From: Octopus sinensis
Lineage: Eukaryota
Assembly: GCF_006345805.1 (NCBI RefSeq)
Contig: NW_021831982.1
Location: forward strand, 1-33,565
Length of the DNA: 33,565 nucleotides
Direction of reading: 5' to 3'
This document shows positions 22,326 to 33,565 of this stretch, in pieces (within the stretch, counting starts at the first letter, position 1; every line of letters starts with the position of its first letter). Both the position numbers and the translations under genes were made by a program. The notes beneath the pieces were generated by a model. It had not been told where the DNA came from, did no database searches, and was given only the letters and a program-made list of their open reading frames with translations.

Positions 22326-23153
22326 AAAGAAGAATTTATGACCTTTTTCCTCCTTGTCAACCTCCATTTGATTACGCTGTCCCCACACAGAGTTGGTTTC
22401 ATTTAGGAAATGCCCAAAAGAAACAGAACATAGCGAGTGTTGACTGGGAGGATGTAACATACGCATATGCATGCATACATACACACACACACGCAATCTT
22501 ACATACATACATACATACATACATACATGCATGCATGCATACCGACAGACAGACAGACGCATATTCATATATATATATATATATATATACATTATTATAT
22601 ATTGGTAATATGTAAACAAATTCATTGTTTCATTTTATCCCTTCATCTTCTGTTTCCTTCTTAATTCTGTTATTTCTCTTTAGTTATAGCTCATCTGGGA
22701 AGAAAAACAAAAACAAAAAAAGACTAATTTTTAACGATTTTATCTAATATTTTCCAATTCTGAGGAAGAAATACCGTTTATATAAATTTTCACTTTTCTT
22801 ATCTTTTATTCGTCCCGTTCGTTTTATATCCGCTTACTGTGGTTTCATATCTCAAAAATAAATACAGTTATATATTGACTCTGTTTCATAATTCTAACTG
22901 ATGAACCGCAAACTAATCAATGAAATACCACACAAGATGTCTCGACATCTTAAAATATTGCTATCTTCATGTATCGGTGTATTATGTAGTGCTCTCTTTC
23001 TTGTATTTATCATGGCACTAATTGATGTATAGTTATGTTGCAACCTAGGTGTAAAATCTCTTGTTTAATTGGGACCTTGTCAAGTATATATTTCAATTTT
23101 CTACATACTTTATTCTTAGATATTCTTAAATTTTCGGTATCCACGCTCTTGAG

Positions 23154-23294
23154 TAGTGGTTCTCAACCGACGTCTATATCGGCTCTGAGGGTCCATACAG
23201 GAATTTTTCGGTGTCCATGCAACAAAATAGTTAACTGGGGATCCACAATAGTGTTTTGAGATCCCTTGAAAAAACTTTGCATTCTATGCATGTA
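23154..23294 (+). mobile_element. hAT (Charlie-like) non-autonomous element, one end only
   Basis: TAGTGGTTCTCAACC matches the CAGTGGTTCTCAA-type TIR. Subterminal GGTCCA-like motifs present. No partner TIR seen. Confidence 0.55.
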
Positions 23295-23357
23295 TTGATT
23301 GATTGATTGATTTTAGTTTCAGCTCATTGAGCTGTGGCCATGCTGGGGCACCGCCAT
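23295..23357 (-). mobile_element. Isolated LINE/SINE 3' tail with (TCAA)n
   Basis: GGCGGTGCCCCAGCATGGCCACAGCTCAATGAGCTGAAAC followed by an (ATCA)n tail. Confidence 0.75.
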
Positions 23358-23504
23358 TTGTAAGTTTTGCCAGAAACAACTGCGTTTCTTTCTCTAATAT
23401 CGTACGTAGTCCTATCTACATAAATTAATGTGCGAGAAACGTTAATGTTCGGCAAAAAAAAATAGATAGAATAGGTACCAGGCTTTAAGAAATTGGTTAC
23501 AGTA

Positions 23505-23671
23505 TAATCATCATCATCACCTTCTTTTTCTTCTTCTTTTTTCTTTTTCTTATTCTTCTTCATGTCCTTTTTCTTCTTTTCTTCTTCTTCTTCCACTTCT
23601 TCTTCTTCCACTTCTTTGTCTTCTTCTTCATGACCTCCTCCTCCTCCTGCTTCTTGTACACATCATCATCA

Positions 23672-23706
<35 letters not shown>

Positions 23707-23740
23707 TATTATTATTATTATTATTATATTATTATCATTA
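23505..23740. repeat. (CAT)n/(TTC)n/(ATT)n microsatellite
   Basis: Direct reading. Confidence 0.9.
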
Positions 23741-23959
23741 TAACCGCTCTTTCAAACCTTCTTACGTTGAAATCGTCCCTGGTGATTCTATCAGGATTTC
23801 TACCCTATTAGCAAATGAGGCTATCTTTAATAATCATTCCACATCCCATAAATATACCACTGAATTCTCCTGTTACCACATTCACCTAGTTCTGGTATCA
23901 CCTCGAGGGTTGAATAACATCAGACGTCCTCAACAGGACCACCAATCACATAATCTCTT

Positions 23960-24790
23960 TGTAAGCCGTCCAAAACCAGAAAGTGGAAAGTATTATGTTT
24001 CGTGTCACCACTCTTTCTTCGGGTTAAATCTTTCTCAGAGATATTTTTCAAAATCTTAAGCGGCATCTTCCCACTACATCATAAGTATTACCCTTTTCTA
24101 ATAACCCCTCAATTAAAACCCACTGTTCTACAACACCTCACCTAGGATCCACAATTGTTTCCTTTAGTAGCGCAAACTAAGCCGCCTTACTGTAGTTTCT
24201 ATAACCAATCCTCCTGGACCCGAAATCACCGGATAATAATAATACAACCCTCGAGAATCCTACTTGATTCTATAACATCAATCATGGCCCAACTCCACCA
24301 AATACTAGGAACCTGACTGCATATACCAGCGGGGACACTCTCTCCCAGCCAAACACTAGCAACGTTAAAACACCAGGTCCTTCTTTGAAGATAACAGACC
24401 ATATGAATCTGACCAGGCTTCTGTTTACGCTGTTATATAGCATATTTATGCCGAGTAATAACGTCATGTTCCCCCAGGCTGGAATCCACATTGGTGGCAT
24501 TTTTGATTTCAATCGCCACTACTGGACTCTCATGAATTCCTCAAATCTCGGAATATCCCCTATTGCTTAACCTGGTCTATACATTGCGAGGCTAACCCGT
24601 ACAATATTAACCTCTATGTTCGTATATTCAAATGTATCTCTCGCTATCCTTTGGCATTGTAATCCTCATTATCCAATAAGTTCTCAGCCGAAATCTTCAT
24701 GTAACACAAATTTTACTCCTCTTTTGCCCATTACGCAAAGTCTCTATGAATCCTCGTAATGATTAAGCTCCGTCTTAACCTTTAACTATG
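23960..24790 (+). mobile_element. Decayed Penelope-like element (linker and GIY-YIG C-terminus)
   Basis: RKWKVLCFVSPLFLRVKSFSEIFFKILSGIFPLHHKYYPF (about 23978-24097) and WSIHCEANPYN (about 24573-24605) resemble the PLE motifs RKIIWFNPPF..HFP..H and WxIL..A.PY. Confidence 0.6.
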
Positions 24791-25404
24791 CTGGCAGCAT
24801 ATTCCTTCTCTCTCTCTCTCCCTGTCTCCCCTCCTCTCTCTCTCCTTCTCTCTTCTCTCTCTTTCCCTCCCTATTCTCCTTTTACCTTTCTCCATATAGC
24901 AGCATATCTTCCTCCGCCGCTACTTCATACTCATTCCTTGAATTCTTTCCTTCCTTCCCGTTTTTATCTACAAACAGATCCCATCCTTAATTGTTTCAGT
25001 CTTCTCATTTTTAATTTTCCTGTACCTTCCCTCTATCTCTTTACCCAACCCAATTCTTTTATTTCCTCCCTTGCTTCTTTTTGCCTTTTTCTACAGCCAG
25101 AAACATCCCTGATTGATTTAACAACTGTTTAGCGACGTACCCAATCACCAGTGATGCCTCATTCCACCAAACTGACAAAGCTTTCCCCCTTTTCCTTCTT
25201 CACTCCGATTCTTCTATTTCTATTCTCTTCTCTGATTACTGACCTTCCCTCCGCTTGCTTGTATTTCTTTTTGCTCTTCCTCTACTCCGCTACTCCACCT
25301 CTCTAAGCCAACTAGATCCTCTCCCACCTTGCCTTTTACTCCTTTCTTTTCTTCTTCAATCATTAATTCTCTCGCATTATGATGTGAACTGCTATTTGCA
25401 AGTT

Positions 25405-25545
25405 TTCTTCTGATGAAAGAAGCCGGTCCTATGGTAATGTCTTTATGCGACGTTAGCATTTTCACACCTTTGACCTTATGACCATTCCATCTGCTAATTT
25501 CGATCGTATTTACATAATTCCGAGCTCATAGAAACAAGTATCGAG
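25405..25545 (+). ncRNA. Possible decayed hammerhead with long stem II
   Basis: CTGATGA (25410)..AGCCGG...CCGAGCT..GAAAC-AA-GTA. Stems are imperfect. Lies downstream of the PLE remnant on the same strand. Confidence 0.3.
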
Positions 25546-25677
25546 TTTAAAATAGTAAACATTCTCTCCTTAGTATTTTCTAATTTTTTTATGCTCCAGG
25601 TAAATGTAAATTTATTTTTCTTTATATGGGAATACTTATATACTTATACATAAGTGTTTATCTCCTGAATATATATT

Positions 25678-25717
25678 TATCTGTCTGTCTGTCTATATGC
25701 ACGTATGTATATGTGCG

Positions 25718-25765
<48 letters not shown>

Positions 25766-25830
25766 AATATGAAGATAAAACCAGATAGAGATAGAGGCAG
25801 AGAGAAGGAGAGAGAGAGAGGGGGAGAAAG
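25678..25830. repeat. (TCTG)n/(TA)n/(GA)n microsatellite region
   Basis: Direct reading. Confidence 0.9.
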
Positions 25831-27310
25831 GAATAGGCATATATATATAAATGGCACAAATATATAGATGTTTCAAAATTCGTCTCACATCACAGAATTC
25901 AAATATAAGACACCACAGTGCTTCATTTTGGACAAGTATCTTTTGATGTGACTTGTGTTTAACTCATGTGCCACGAGCTGAGTAGGACTACATGGAAGCA
26001 GCGGTTCAAAACATTATCTTCTCACACTCACTTACATTGATGTTGCCCAAGTTTTTGTAACAAATGTGATTACAAGTGAACAGTTTGGTCCTTATAGTAT
26101 ATAGAGACCAATAAAACACTCTGCAGTGTTTTCAATGATATATGAAAAAGAAGTCTCACTATATTGACGAAGAGTCCATCTTTTTCCTTGTACTATTCCG
26201 TCGTAATGTATAAATAGGACTATCAGATAGCTACACATGCTACATGGAAAGCCCTATGTATTATGTCTAAATCTCTTTAGTGAAATATATTCTGTTATAA
26301 ATATCAATTTAAAGCGCGTATTCTGTATGGCTTCCATTTTGTTAAATGCAATTTTCTAATTTGTTTTGAAAGATTGCAAAAAACGCGTTTCTTTTAGTTA
26401 ATTTTCACCTGATTAAATTCATATTCGATCTAATTTTTCAATTCTTTAAATTAGCTTATATGGAGAAGAACACCATAGATTTCAGTTTCCCATGAGAAAA
26501 CAGTGGCACTACGCGCGAAGAAAAAAATCTATGTGCAACTGAATACGTGAAAAGATCACGACCCGCATGCAATATTTTATACATTTCAACAATATGACTC
26601 TATAATTTAAGTAGACATATGTTATAAGTTATTGACGGAGAAAAGGGGTTTTATAAGTTACATCTAAAAGGGGAAAACGAAGAAAAGTGGACGCGTATAA
26701 TATCGATTTAGTAAAGTTTATATTTACGACTTAGATACTTAAGGTTATTGATTCAAAAAGGCATTTTCTTATTGTAGAAAGCTGTGTTGTAGAACATTTA
26801 CGTAATCGTGGGTTTGTATGTGTATATGTATATTTTTCTGTTGGAATCAATAACATTTTCTACACGCTTAAGTTTTTACTCCTTGTGTGTTTAAACTGCT
26901 TTAAAATTTTATTTTGTTATTGTTGCTCTTGTTGATGCACATCACACATAAGTTTTGATTTAACCGTCTTTCATAGATTTATACTCACTACCAGTTCCAT
27001 AAACAGTGACAACAACCAGTGCCGACCAAAACAACAATGGCAATAACAAAAGTAAGGCAAACGAAAAGAAGAGCAAGAATAACAAAAAGAAAAATGAAAA
27101 TAACAAAATAACGACGAAAACTAAAATAAGAAAATGAGAACAAAGAATGGTAAAAACCAAAATCAATTTACTCTTTCATCACACATACTAAGCCCAGCTA
27201 CAACACCACAAATATTTACTCCGACGCGTAAACTAGAGACACTCTAGAAATTGCAAACCTCGCGTAGACGGGTTTGCTAACTTCGTTCTCCTGATAAAAG
27301 AGAAAATATA

Positions 27311-28130
27311 TTATCGGTGGAAAAACATACCGAATAAGGATGGGTAAAATGTTTCATTAAACATACATAAATCCGTTCTGTAAGAAACCCGTCTCAAGTC
27401 TGTAGTATGCAAAACATAAGCAACAAAAAATAGAAAAACAGAGCAGACAACAAACATAGCAGCCAATCGTAAAAATGCCTCAGACTCATCTGGGATAACA
27501 AAATACGTGTAACCGGGGAGAAACAGTGGAGCACAGTAGAAGGGAGATTCCCTACAGAGGGTGAGGCTAGAGAGGACGCGGCAATAATTCCAGAATGACA
27601 GACTGACACTCATATCAGGCTGGTTCCTTACTGCTGGCGTCTTCCACATGGAGGAAAAATAACAATAACTAATATTATGCAGAAGATATGACTCAGACTG
27701 TTCCCGCCAATGTCAGGAGTCGATACCAGAGCATAGTTCCTCATAACGTTAATTAAACCTCATCAGAAATCTTGAACCGTTTTCACATCAACAATTTGTC
27801 CCACTTGCACAATACTGTGGACAACATTCAAGATGCTAAATGCCTAGTCTTGGTCCATCTTTGACACATGCCTGAAATACTGCCAGGGTGAAATGCTGTG
27901 GAATGACGTGTCGGATGAAAGATGCCCATACATGTTTACCCGAGTTTTCATTCACCGTTGATGATACCATCACAGTAATTTGGATATTTCTGCTAATGCG
28001 TGAGCTTCAACAGAAAATGGCATATCTCCAAGGAAACAATGTGGTGACCACCATGGAATAAACGGTGCCAAAAATAAATTTCTTGTCCATCAGAACCTGA
28101 TCTTTCTATAAGAATCACATAACTGTGCAT
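27311..28130 (-). mobile_element. Possible decayed Tx1-like LINE region
   Basis: Loose similarity of VNMYGHLS and FWNYCRVLSSL..ES..AFLRLAA to L1/Tx1 ORF2 segments. Not diagnostic. Confidence 0.25.
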
Positions 28131-28176
28131 CTCTCCCTCTCCCCCTCTCTCTCTCTCTCTATTTATATAGATATAT

Positions 28177-28930
28177 TATTTTATTCCTTCACTTGTTTCA
28201 GTAATGCAGCTGTGGTCATGCTGGAGCACCATTATGGTCTTTCTGATTTCCTCAGTCTGGGGTGATTCACATCACCACTCCTGTAGGTACCTTTGTCCCA
28301 GCTGTTCACCCGTTTGGTGTATGAGGAATTTTGATTACGCTGCCCCCCGTTGCATCTCATGTCGGTCTGTTGCTGGAGAAGAGGATGTCATGTTTCTCTT
28401 TTGAAGACATCTACTTCCACCTTATGCACATTCCTTAATTTTTGTGGCAGAGCAATGACGTGCTGTGGCCCTTTGAACCTTAGACTATTGCAGCACCTGG
28501 ACTTAAATTTAGATGGAGTGGGTAGTACCTTTGGTACAATACAATGGCGGCCAGCTCTGGCATTCGTTTAACACTCAATATCGAAGTTAAGTACTAGCCC
28601 TTCTAGGATTTTACATATGTATATTATTGCATATCTTTCTCGCTTCGCACCAGAAAGTAAAGCTGTGGTGTTCTCAACCTATCCATGTAGTTCATCTGCT
28701 GCACTATTTCAGTCTTTTTTGTGTTGTGGCGGTAGACTGAGTCAAGCTCCGCTGTTAGTTTGGCACTAAGTGGTGACCATAACACGGAGCAATAGTCCAG
28801 GCGGCTGAAAACAAAGATTCTCTGCAAGGTCAACATAGTTTCTTGCTCTTGGATCTCAGTATCCATCCTGTCAACTGTTAGCACTTTGCTTCTATCTTGC
28901 TAATGTGCATTTAAAATGATGTGTCAGTGC
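28177..28930 (-). mobile_element. Decayed CR1-group LINE 3' fragment with its 3' tail
   Basis: ETMLTLQRIFVFSRLDYCSVLWSP...NYMDRLR...KILEGLV...NSLRFKGPQ..LPQKLRNVHKVEVDVFK, ending GGTGCTCCAGCATGACCACAG...CTGAAACAAGT. Confidence 0.8.
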
Positions 28931-29139
28931 CTCCTATTTTAGAGCTGCAATATCAAAGAATGTATGTGTGTGTATATACATATGTATGTATATATATGTA
29001 GAGAGACAAACAGACAAACTGGCAGATAGAAAGAAAGACCGAGAGAGATGGGGAGAAACAGAAAGACAGAGGCAGAGAGCAAGAGAACAGGCTTGTTAAG
29101 ACATGGAGTCAAATGCAGGTGTTATTCAAATCATTTATA

Positions 29140-29228
29140 CTTTCAACATACGTTTCGAAAAATCATTGAGATTATCCCGGAAGTAATAAAAATGATGTAA
29201 AATAATGCAATCAATTCGTCAAGAAAAA
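29140..29228 (-). ncRNA. Degenerate hammerhead motif at a PLE 3' end
   Basis: TTTTC-TTGACGA-ATTGA..ATTATTT...GGATAAT-C-TCAAT..-GAAAC-GTAT-GTT|GAAAG. Confidence 0.5.
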
Positions 29229-30020
29229 AAGGAGCATAACACATCAAGAAACCATTTTAACCGAATGTGATTACCGCGTACGTAAGGAGAACTCTAGCGA
29301 GTTATTTTTTAAAAAGTCGTTAATAGATTTAACTTGAAAGGTGAATTAGAGAAAGAGGAGGAGAATGAAAGAAATTAACAAAAAATTAAGAGAGGAAAAA
29401 TATAATGTGATAAATGAATGGAATAAAATTTAAAAGCGTGGAAATAGATATATGTAGTGGAAATGAAATGTAAGAAGACAGTTAAAGTATCTAGATAGAA
29501 TTTTCCATTCTAAACCATAGTTTTTATTATGTTCCTCTAGAGAACAAATGAATTTACTAAGTCCAGTATTGAATAATGACAACTGAAACGAAGGGCTACC
29601 TATTAAAAAAAAATAAAACGTCATCAGAACCGGAAGAAATTTTACATTGATAATCAGAATTTCTAGTCTTAGAATTACAGCTAAGGAACGAATTCGATTC
29701 AAATTTATATCAGAAATATCAATATTGTTGTTATTATTGTTCACATAATGTTTAGCGTTAATAATATCAATGTTATTATTTTCATTAAGTAGATTTAATA
29801 ACTTATAGCTATGTGAAGAAATGATTTCTGAAAGGCTTTTGGTTTTTGAAAAAACTGTCCTAACTCGGTGTGAATTGTTAATGGGATGGTATCTGGAATT
29901 TTTTGGAAAATTCTTACCGATAGCTTCACGAAACAGATAAGGGAGGTTGGACTTGATTTTTTTATCAAATGGAATGATCAACCAAATTGTTTCACTAGAA
30001 CCTACCTTGTTATTTGTGTA
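29140..30020 (-). mobile_element. Penelope-like element 3' fragment (may extend to about 30480)
   Basis: IWLIIPFDKKIKSNLPYLFREAIGKNFPKNSRYHPINN..VFSKTKSLSEIISSH and TGLSKFICSLEEHNKNYGLEWKILSR are PLE linker/EN motifs. Confidence 0.75.
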
Positions 30021-30712
30021 ATTAACTTTAAAAGTCCTAGACAGAATTTATGACGTTTATATTACTTATGAGGTATTCTATATTTTTCAGCTAGAGTGAA
30101 TTTGGGTCTTAAGGGGGTGGTACAAACTTAGCAATGTGTGTTTTGTAGTGAAAATTTTCCATTCAAATGGTAATTACCAGATGATTTCTGTTTGAGTCTA
30201 ACCTTTTTCAGTCATAGTGGAAGCCTAACCTTAGTCGTAAATAAGCATACGAATATTGTATAAATTTTATTATTGAGAAATTTGCTATATTTTGTTCATA
30301 CCAGTATACCAGCCTGCGAGAGCAATAAAATAGGCTTGCGGGTGCAATTGCGCCCGTGCACAAGGGTTTTCCTGAAAGGGCGTAGATCCTCTTCAGATCT
30401 ACGATCCCTAGCTTTCTATTGAACTCTAGCTCTGAAAATTCCAGCGATTGCAAACATAAGTATAAATTGTTGGAAAAACTACATATTCTTGATTAAATTT
30501 CTGATATCTTTCAAGCCTTATAATTTAAGGTCTAAGGAGAATTACTCTTTTACATTGTTTCTGCTTTTTATTTTTGACATTTTAGGTTTTGTTTTTCATT
30601 TTCCATATCTCGTCTTCCGTTTTTTAAAACCCTCTGCATTTTCTATATGCAGCCTTTCCACGTTTTTCACGTTTCTTTCTTAAATTTTTTCTAGTTCGTT
30701 ATATGTGGTTTG

Positions 30713-30763
30713 TGCCTGAGGGATATGTTTTGAGATATTTCCCAACATATGAAACTATTAGCA
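30713..30763 (+). ncRNA. Degenerate hammerhead motif
   Basis: TGC-CTGAGGG-ATATGTT(14 nt)AACATAT-GAAAC-T-ATT-A-GCA. Perfect 7-bp stem II, A9 and cleavage triplet altered. Confidence 0.5.
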
Positions 30764-30863
30764 GTACTTAAATACATGTGTCCTTTAAATAAATACATTT
30801 ATCTCTCACTGGATGGAGTACATTTTTCTTGGATTTTCAATCACGGAACAGTGCATTATACTT

Positions 30864-31074
30864 ACATACATACATACATACATACAAACATACATACATA
30901 CATACATGCATGCATACATACATACATACAAACATACATACATACATACATACATACAAACATGCATACAAGACATACATACAAACATACAAACAAACAT
31001 ACATACATACAAACATACATACATACATGCATGCATACATACATAAATACATAAAAACATACATACATACATAT

Positions 31075-31159
<85 letters not shown>

Positions 31160-31170
31160 ATATATATGTA
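30864..31170. repeat. (CATA)n-(TA)n microsatellite
   Basis: Direct reading. Confidence 0.97.
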
Positions 31171-31389
31171 CTATGTATCACTCTCTCTCTCTGTAATATA
31201 TAATTAAGTCACAGTATCTGGATTCATCTAATCCGGTGGTACTCAGAAAAACTCCTTAATGTATCAATTCTACAAAATATAGACAATATACGATACAACA
31301 CAAAAGAAAAACATGTTAAAATATTATTTTTAACATGGATTTCTTTTAACCTGAAGAGCTGGCATAATATATGCATTAATTTAAAGATT

Positions 31390-31540
31390 ATATATATACA
31401 TACACATATATATATATATATGTATATATATATACATACACACACACATACAGATATATATATGTACAATCATACATACATATATACATACACATACATA
31501 CTTATATATATACGCACATATATATATATACATATTTACA

Positions 31541-31584
<44 letters not shown>

Positions 31585-31585
31585 C
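31390..31585. repeat. (TA)n/(CA)n/(TG)n microsatellite
   Basis: Direct reading. Confidence 0.95.
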
Positions 31586-31589
31586 GAGC

Positions 31590-32032
31590 GCAATTCAAGC
31601 TTCTCTGCTACTTCCTCAACTGCTAAGATGGAATTTTGTTCCACCAGGATTTGCAGGACATCCTCGTCGAGCTCTACAGGTCTTCCAGGTCGAGGCTAAT
31701 TTTCTAGGCTGTAGTTTTCAGCTCAGAATTTCTGGAACCGCAGTTAACACTGGCTTATGCTTCTTGGCCGATCCCCATGTACTGTATTAATATCCCTTGC
31801 ACTTTCTGTTGATTTTTTGCCTTTGTTGAACTCATAAAATAAAATATACCAAATATGATAATTTCTCATTTCCACTAACTGTTAAAATCGAAATGCGCTC
31901 TTCAAAACATGCACTAAGAATAAATACAAGGTAAAATTACTACCTGCAAGTTGATGCAAATACTTTATCCCATCACCGTCCGACTTCTATTTCATCCAAT
32001 TGAAAAACCGCATTATTTATGGGATGACCCAA
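31590..32032 (-). mobile_element. mariner transposon 5' fragment (TIR and decayed transposase N-terminus)
   Basis: TA|TTGGGTCATCCCATAAATAATGCGGTTTT terminus. HIWYILFYEFNKGKKSTESARDINTVHGD...FQKF*..PRPGRPVELDEDVLQILVEQNSILAVEEVAEKL is a mariner HTH region with stops. Confidence 0.9.
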
Positions 32033-32157
32033 TATATACACCTAAATGTATTTTTATCTTGCAAACCTACATACACACACACACACATATGCCCGCGCAC
32101 ACACACGTGCGCTCGCGCGCTGGAATATAGGTATGTATATGTATATATATACATATA

Positions 32158-32505
32158 TAATGCCAAATATGCCGAAATTAGACACATTGTCTATAACCAT
32201 ATATTTTTCATTATACGCACGCTACTCGAAAAAGGTCGACATAAATTTCTAAAAAATTCCATTATTACCATATCAGACCGATTTCAAGGTTAGCTCTTAA
32301 GAACTAATGTCAGTGATAAATGTGGCTAAGTATCTCATTTATTTCTTTGCCACATTTATCACTGACGAACTAACCCTGAAATCGGTCCGATATGGTAATA
32401 ATGGAATTTTTTAGAAATTTCTGTCTACCTTTTTCGAGTAGCGTGCGTATTGTGAAAAATATGTGGTTATGGACAATGTGTCTAATTTCAGCATATTTGG
32501 CATTA
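32158..32505. mobile_element. Fold-back/MITE-like near-palindromic element
   Basis: Arms 32158-32293 and 32370-32505 are near-perfect reverse complements. Inner 18-bp perfect arms at 32309-32326 and 32349-32366. Confidence 0.9.
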
Positions 32506-32642
32506 GAAATTTTTCCGTTTGCCCTTATTTATAAGTTGGTTATAAGATTTAACCTTTAGATGTATTTTTTAATATGCTGGCCATTGATAACATTTCTTTT
32601 CGAAATATTTTATCCTACATTAAATATAAAATAATATATATA

Positions 32643-32674
<32 letters not shown>

Positions 32675-33169
32675 CCTTCGAAAAGCGGAGTAGACGAAAC
32701 AGAGACAAAGAAGAAGAGGAATATTCTTTGTGTTGTATGTCTTATACTCTGCTTTTCATTGCTTGAAAAAAGTCCGTTTCCATGTTTTGCTTTTATGTTT
32801 TCGTTTCTCATTGCGTTCAACGTTTTTTTTTATATCCTGTACCCAAATATGCATGTATGTATAAATATAGATGTAAGTATGTGCATATATGCATATATTT
32901 ATATATTATTTATGTTATATATATATAGGAATATGTGATCGTTGATACAGTGTTTCACTTCGAACTGTGTAGCTGGTTATATAGTTTGCTGTTTATGTAA
33001 TTGTCTTAACCTAGAAATACCATTCATTTTCTCCCATGTACACATACATTCACTTACGCACTTATTTAACGATGTATATACATACATGTATACAGGGATA
33101 GATTAATTATTGAGGTCATACGAATTATATAATCTTTTGAGAGAATGATATTGTTCTTTTTTGGAATAC

Positions 33170-33318
33170 CTCGAAGCACAATAAAAATCAATACATAATA
33201 ACATGTAAATGTTAAATTGGAAAATCCTTTGGGATTGAAAAATGTGAAGGCTACCCGTGGAGCTGGAAACCACATCTTCTGTAGACATGACTGGCGTTCT
33301 ACCCACTGTATATAAAAT
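33170..33318 (-). CDS. Candidate exon of an unidentified host gene
   Basis: Acceptor tttttAG (33320-33319), donor GAG|GTATTC. 149 nt with two open frames (ILYTVGRTPVMSTEDVV... or FYIQWVERQSCLQKMWFPAP...). Confidence 0.25.
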
Positions 33319-33451
33319 CTAAAAATGATATAAAAGCCTTGGAGCGTACTATGAACTATACTGATGATTTCTTTACAAAAAATGATAAGAACAATAAAAT
33401 GAAAAAAATTACACAGTTGTGAATAAAATATAAGAATGGCACAAATTAATT

Positions 33452-33565
33452 GATGCAGGTGCGGTGTGTGGTAAGAATCTTGGTTCTTAACAGCATGGTT
33501 CTGGGTTCAGTTCCACTGTGTGGCACCTTAGCCAATTTTCTTCTACTATAGCCTCAGGACCAAAG
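33452..33565 (+). mobile_element. tRNA-derived SINE 5' part, same family as 5418-5826, runs off the window
   Basis: GATGCAGGTGCGGTGTGTGGTAAG...GGGTTCAGTTCCACTGTGTGGCACCTT...CTTCTACTATAGCCTCAGG. Confidence 0.85.

Noticed and set aside
22899-22930. CTGATGA...GAAA as a hammerhead core
   Set aside because: The intervening sequence cannot form stem II, and there are no stems I or III.
26030-26295. Minus-strand GTAAGT donor with an upstream putative exon
   Set aside because: All frames from the plausible acceptor are interrupted by stops.
27311-27649. 112-aa ORF with a hydrophobic segment as a host membrane protein
   Set aside because: No clear splice sites or family match, and loose resemblance to a decayed Tx1-like ORF2 C-terminus. 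Left unresolved.

Overview
AT-rich eukaryotic non-coding DNA that is saturated with microsatellites and transposon remnants. The tRNA-headed SINEs and the repeat landscape look like an octopod cephalopod genome (inference from recognition, not from a search). No intact host gene is present, and most listed ORFs are microsatellite artefacts. Supported content: a 5'-truncated, frameshifted RTE-clade LINE (14010-16694, -) inside a long direct repeat; several Penelope-like element (PLE) remnants; R4/Dong-like, CR1-group and Tx1-like LINE fragments; a mariner 5' fragment; hAT-like and Helitron-like pieces; two long fold-back elements; several SINEs; and a few candidate exons plus a candidate promoter. 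The most notable signal is a set of type I hammerhead ribozyme motifs at PLE ends. Two of them (10889-10950 and 12205-12335, both -) fold completely and carry the non-canonical compensatory U3:A8 core (UUGANAA). They lie in tandem on one strand, so double cleavage would release a 1345-nt RNA. Other points: a LINE/SINE shared 3' tail with a covarying stem, and an inverted PLE junction.
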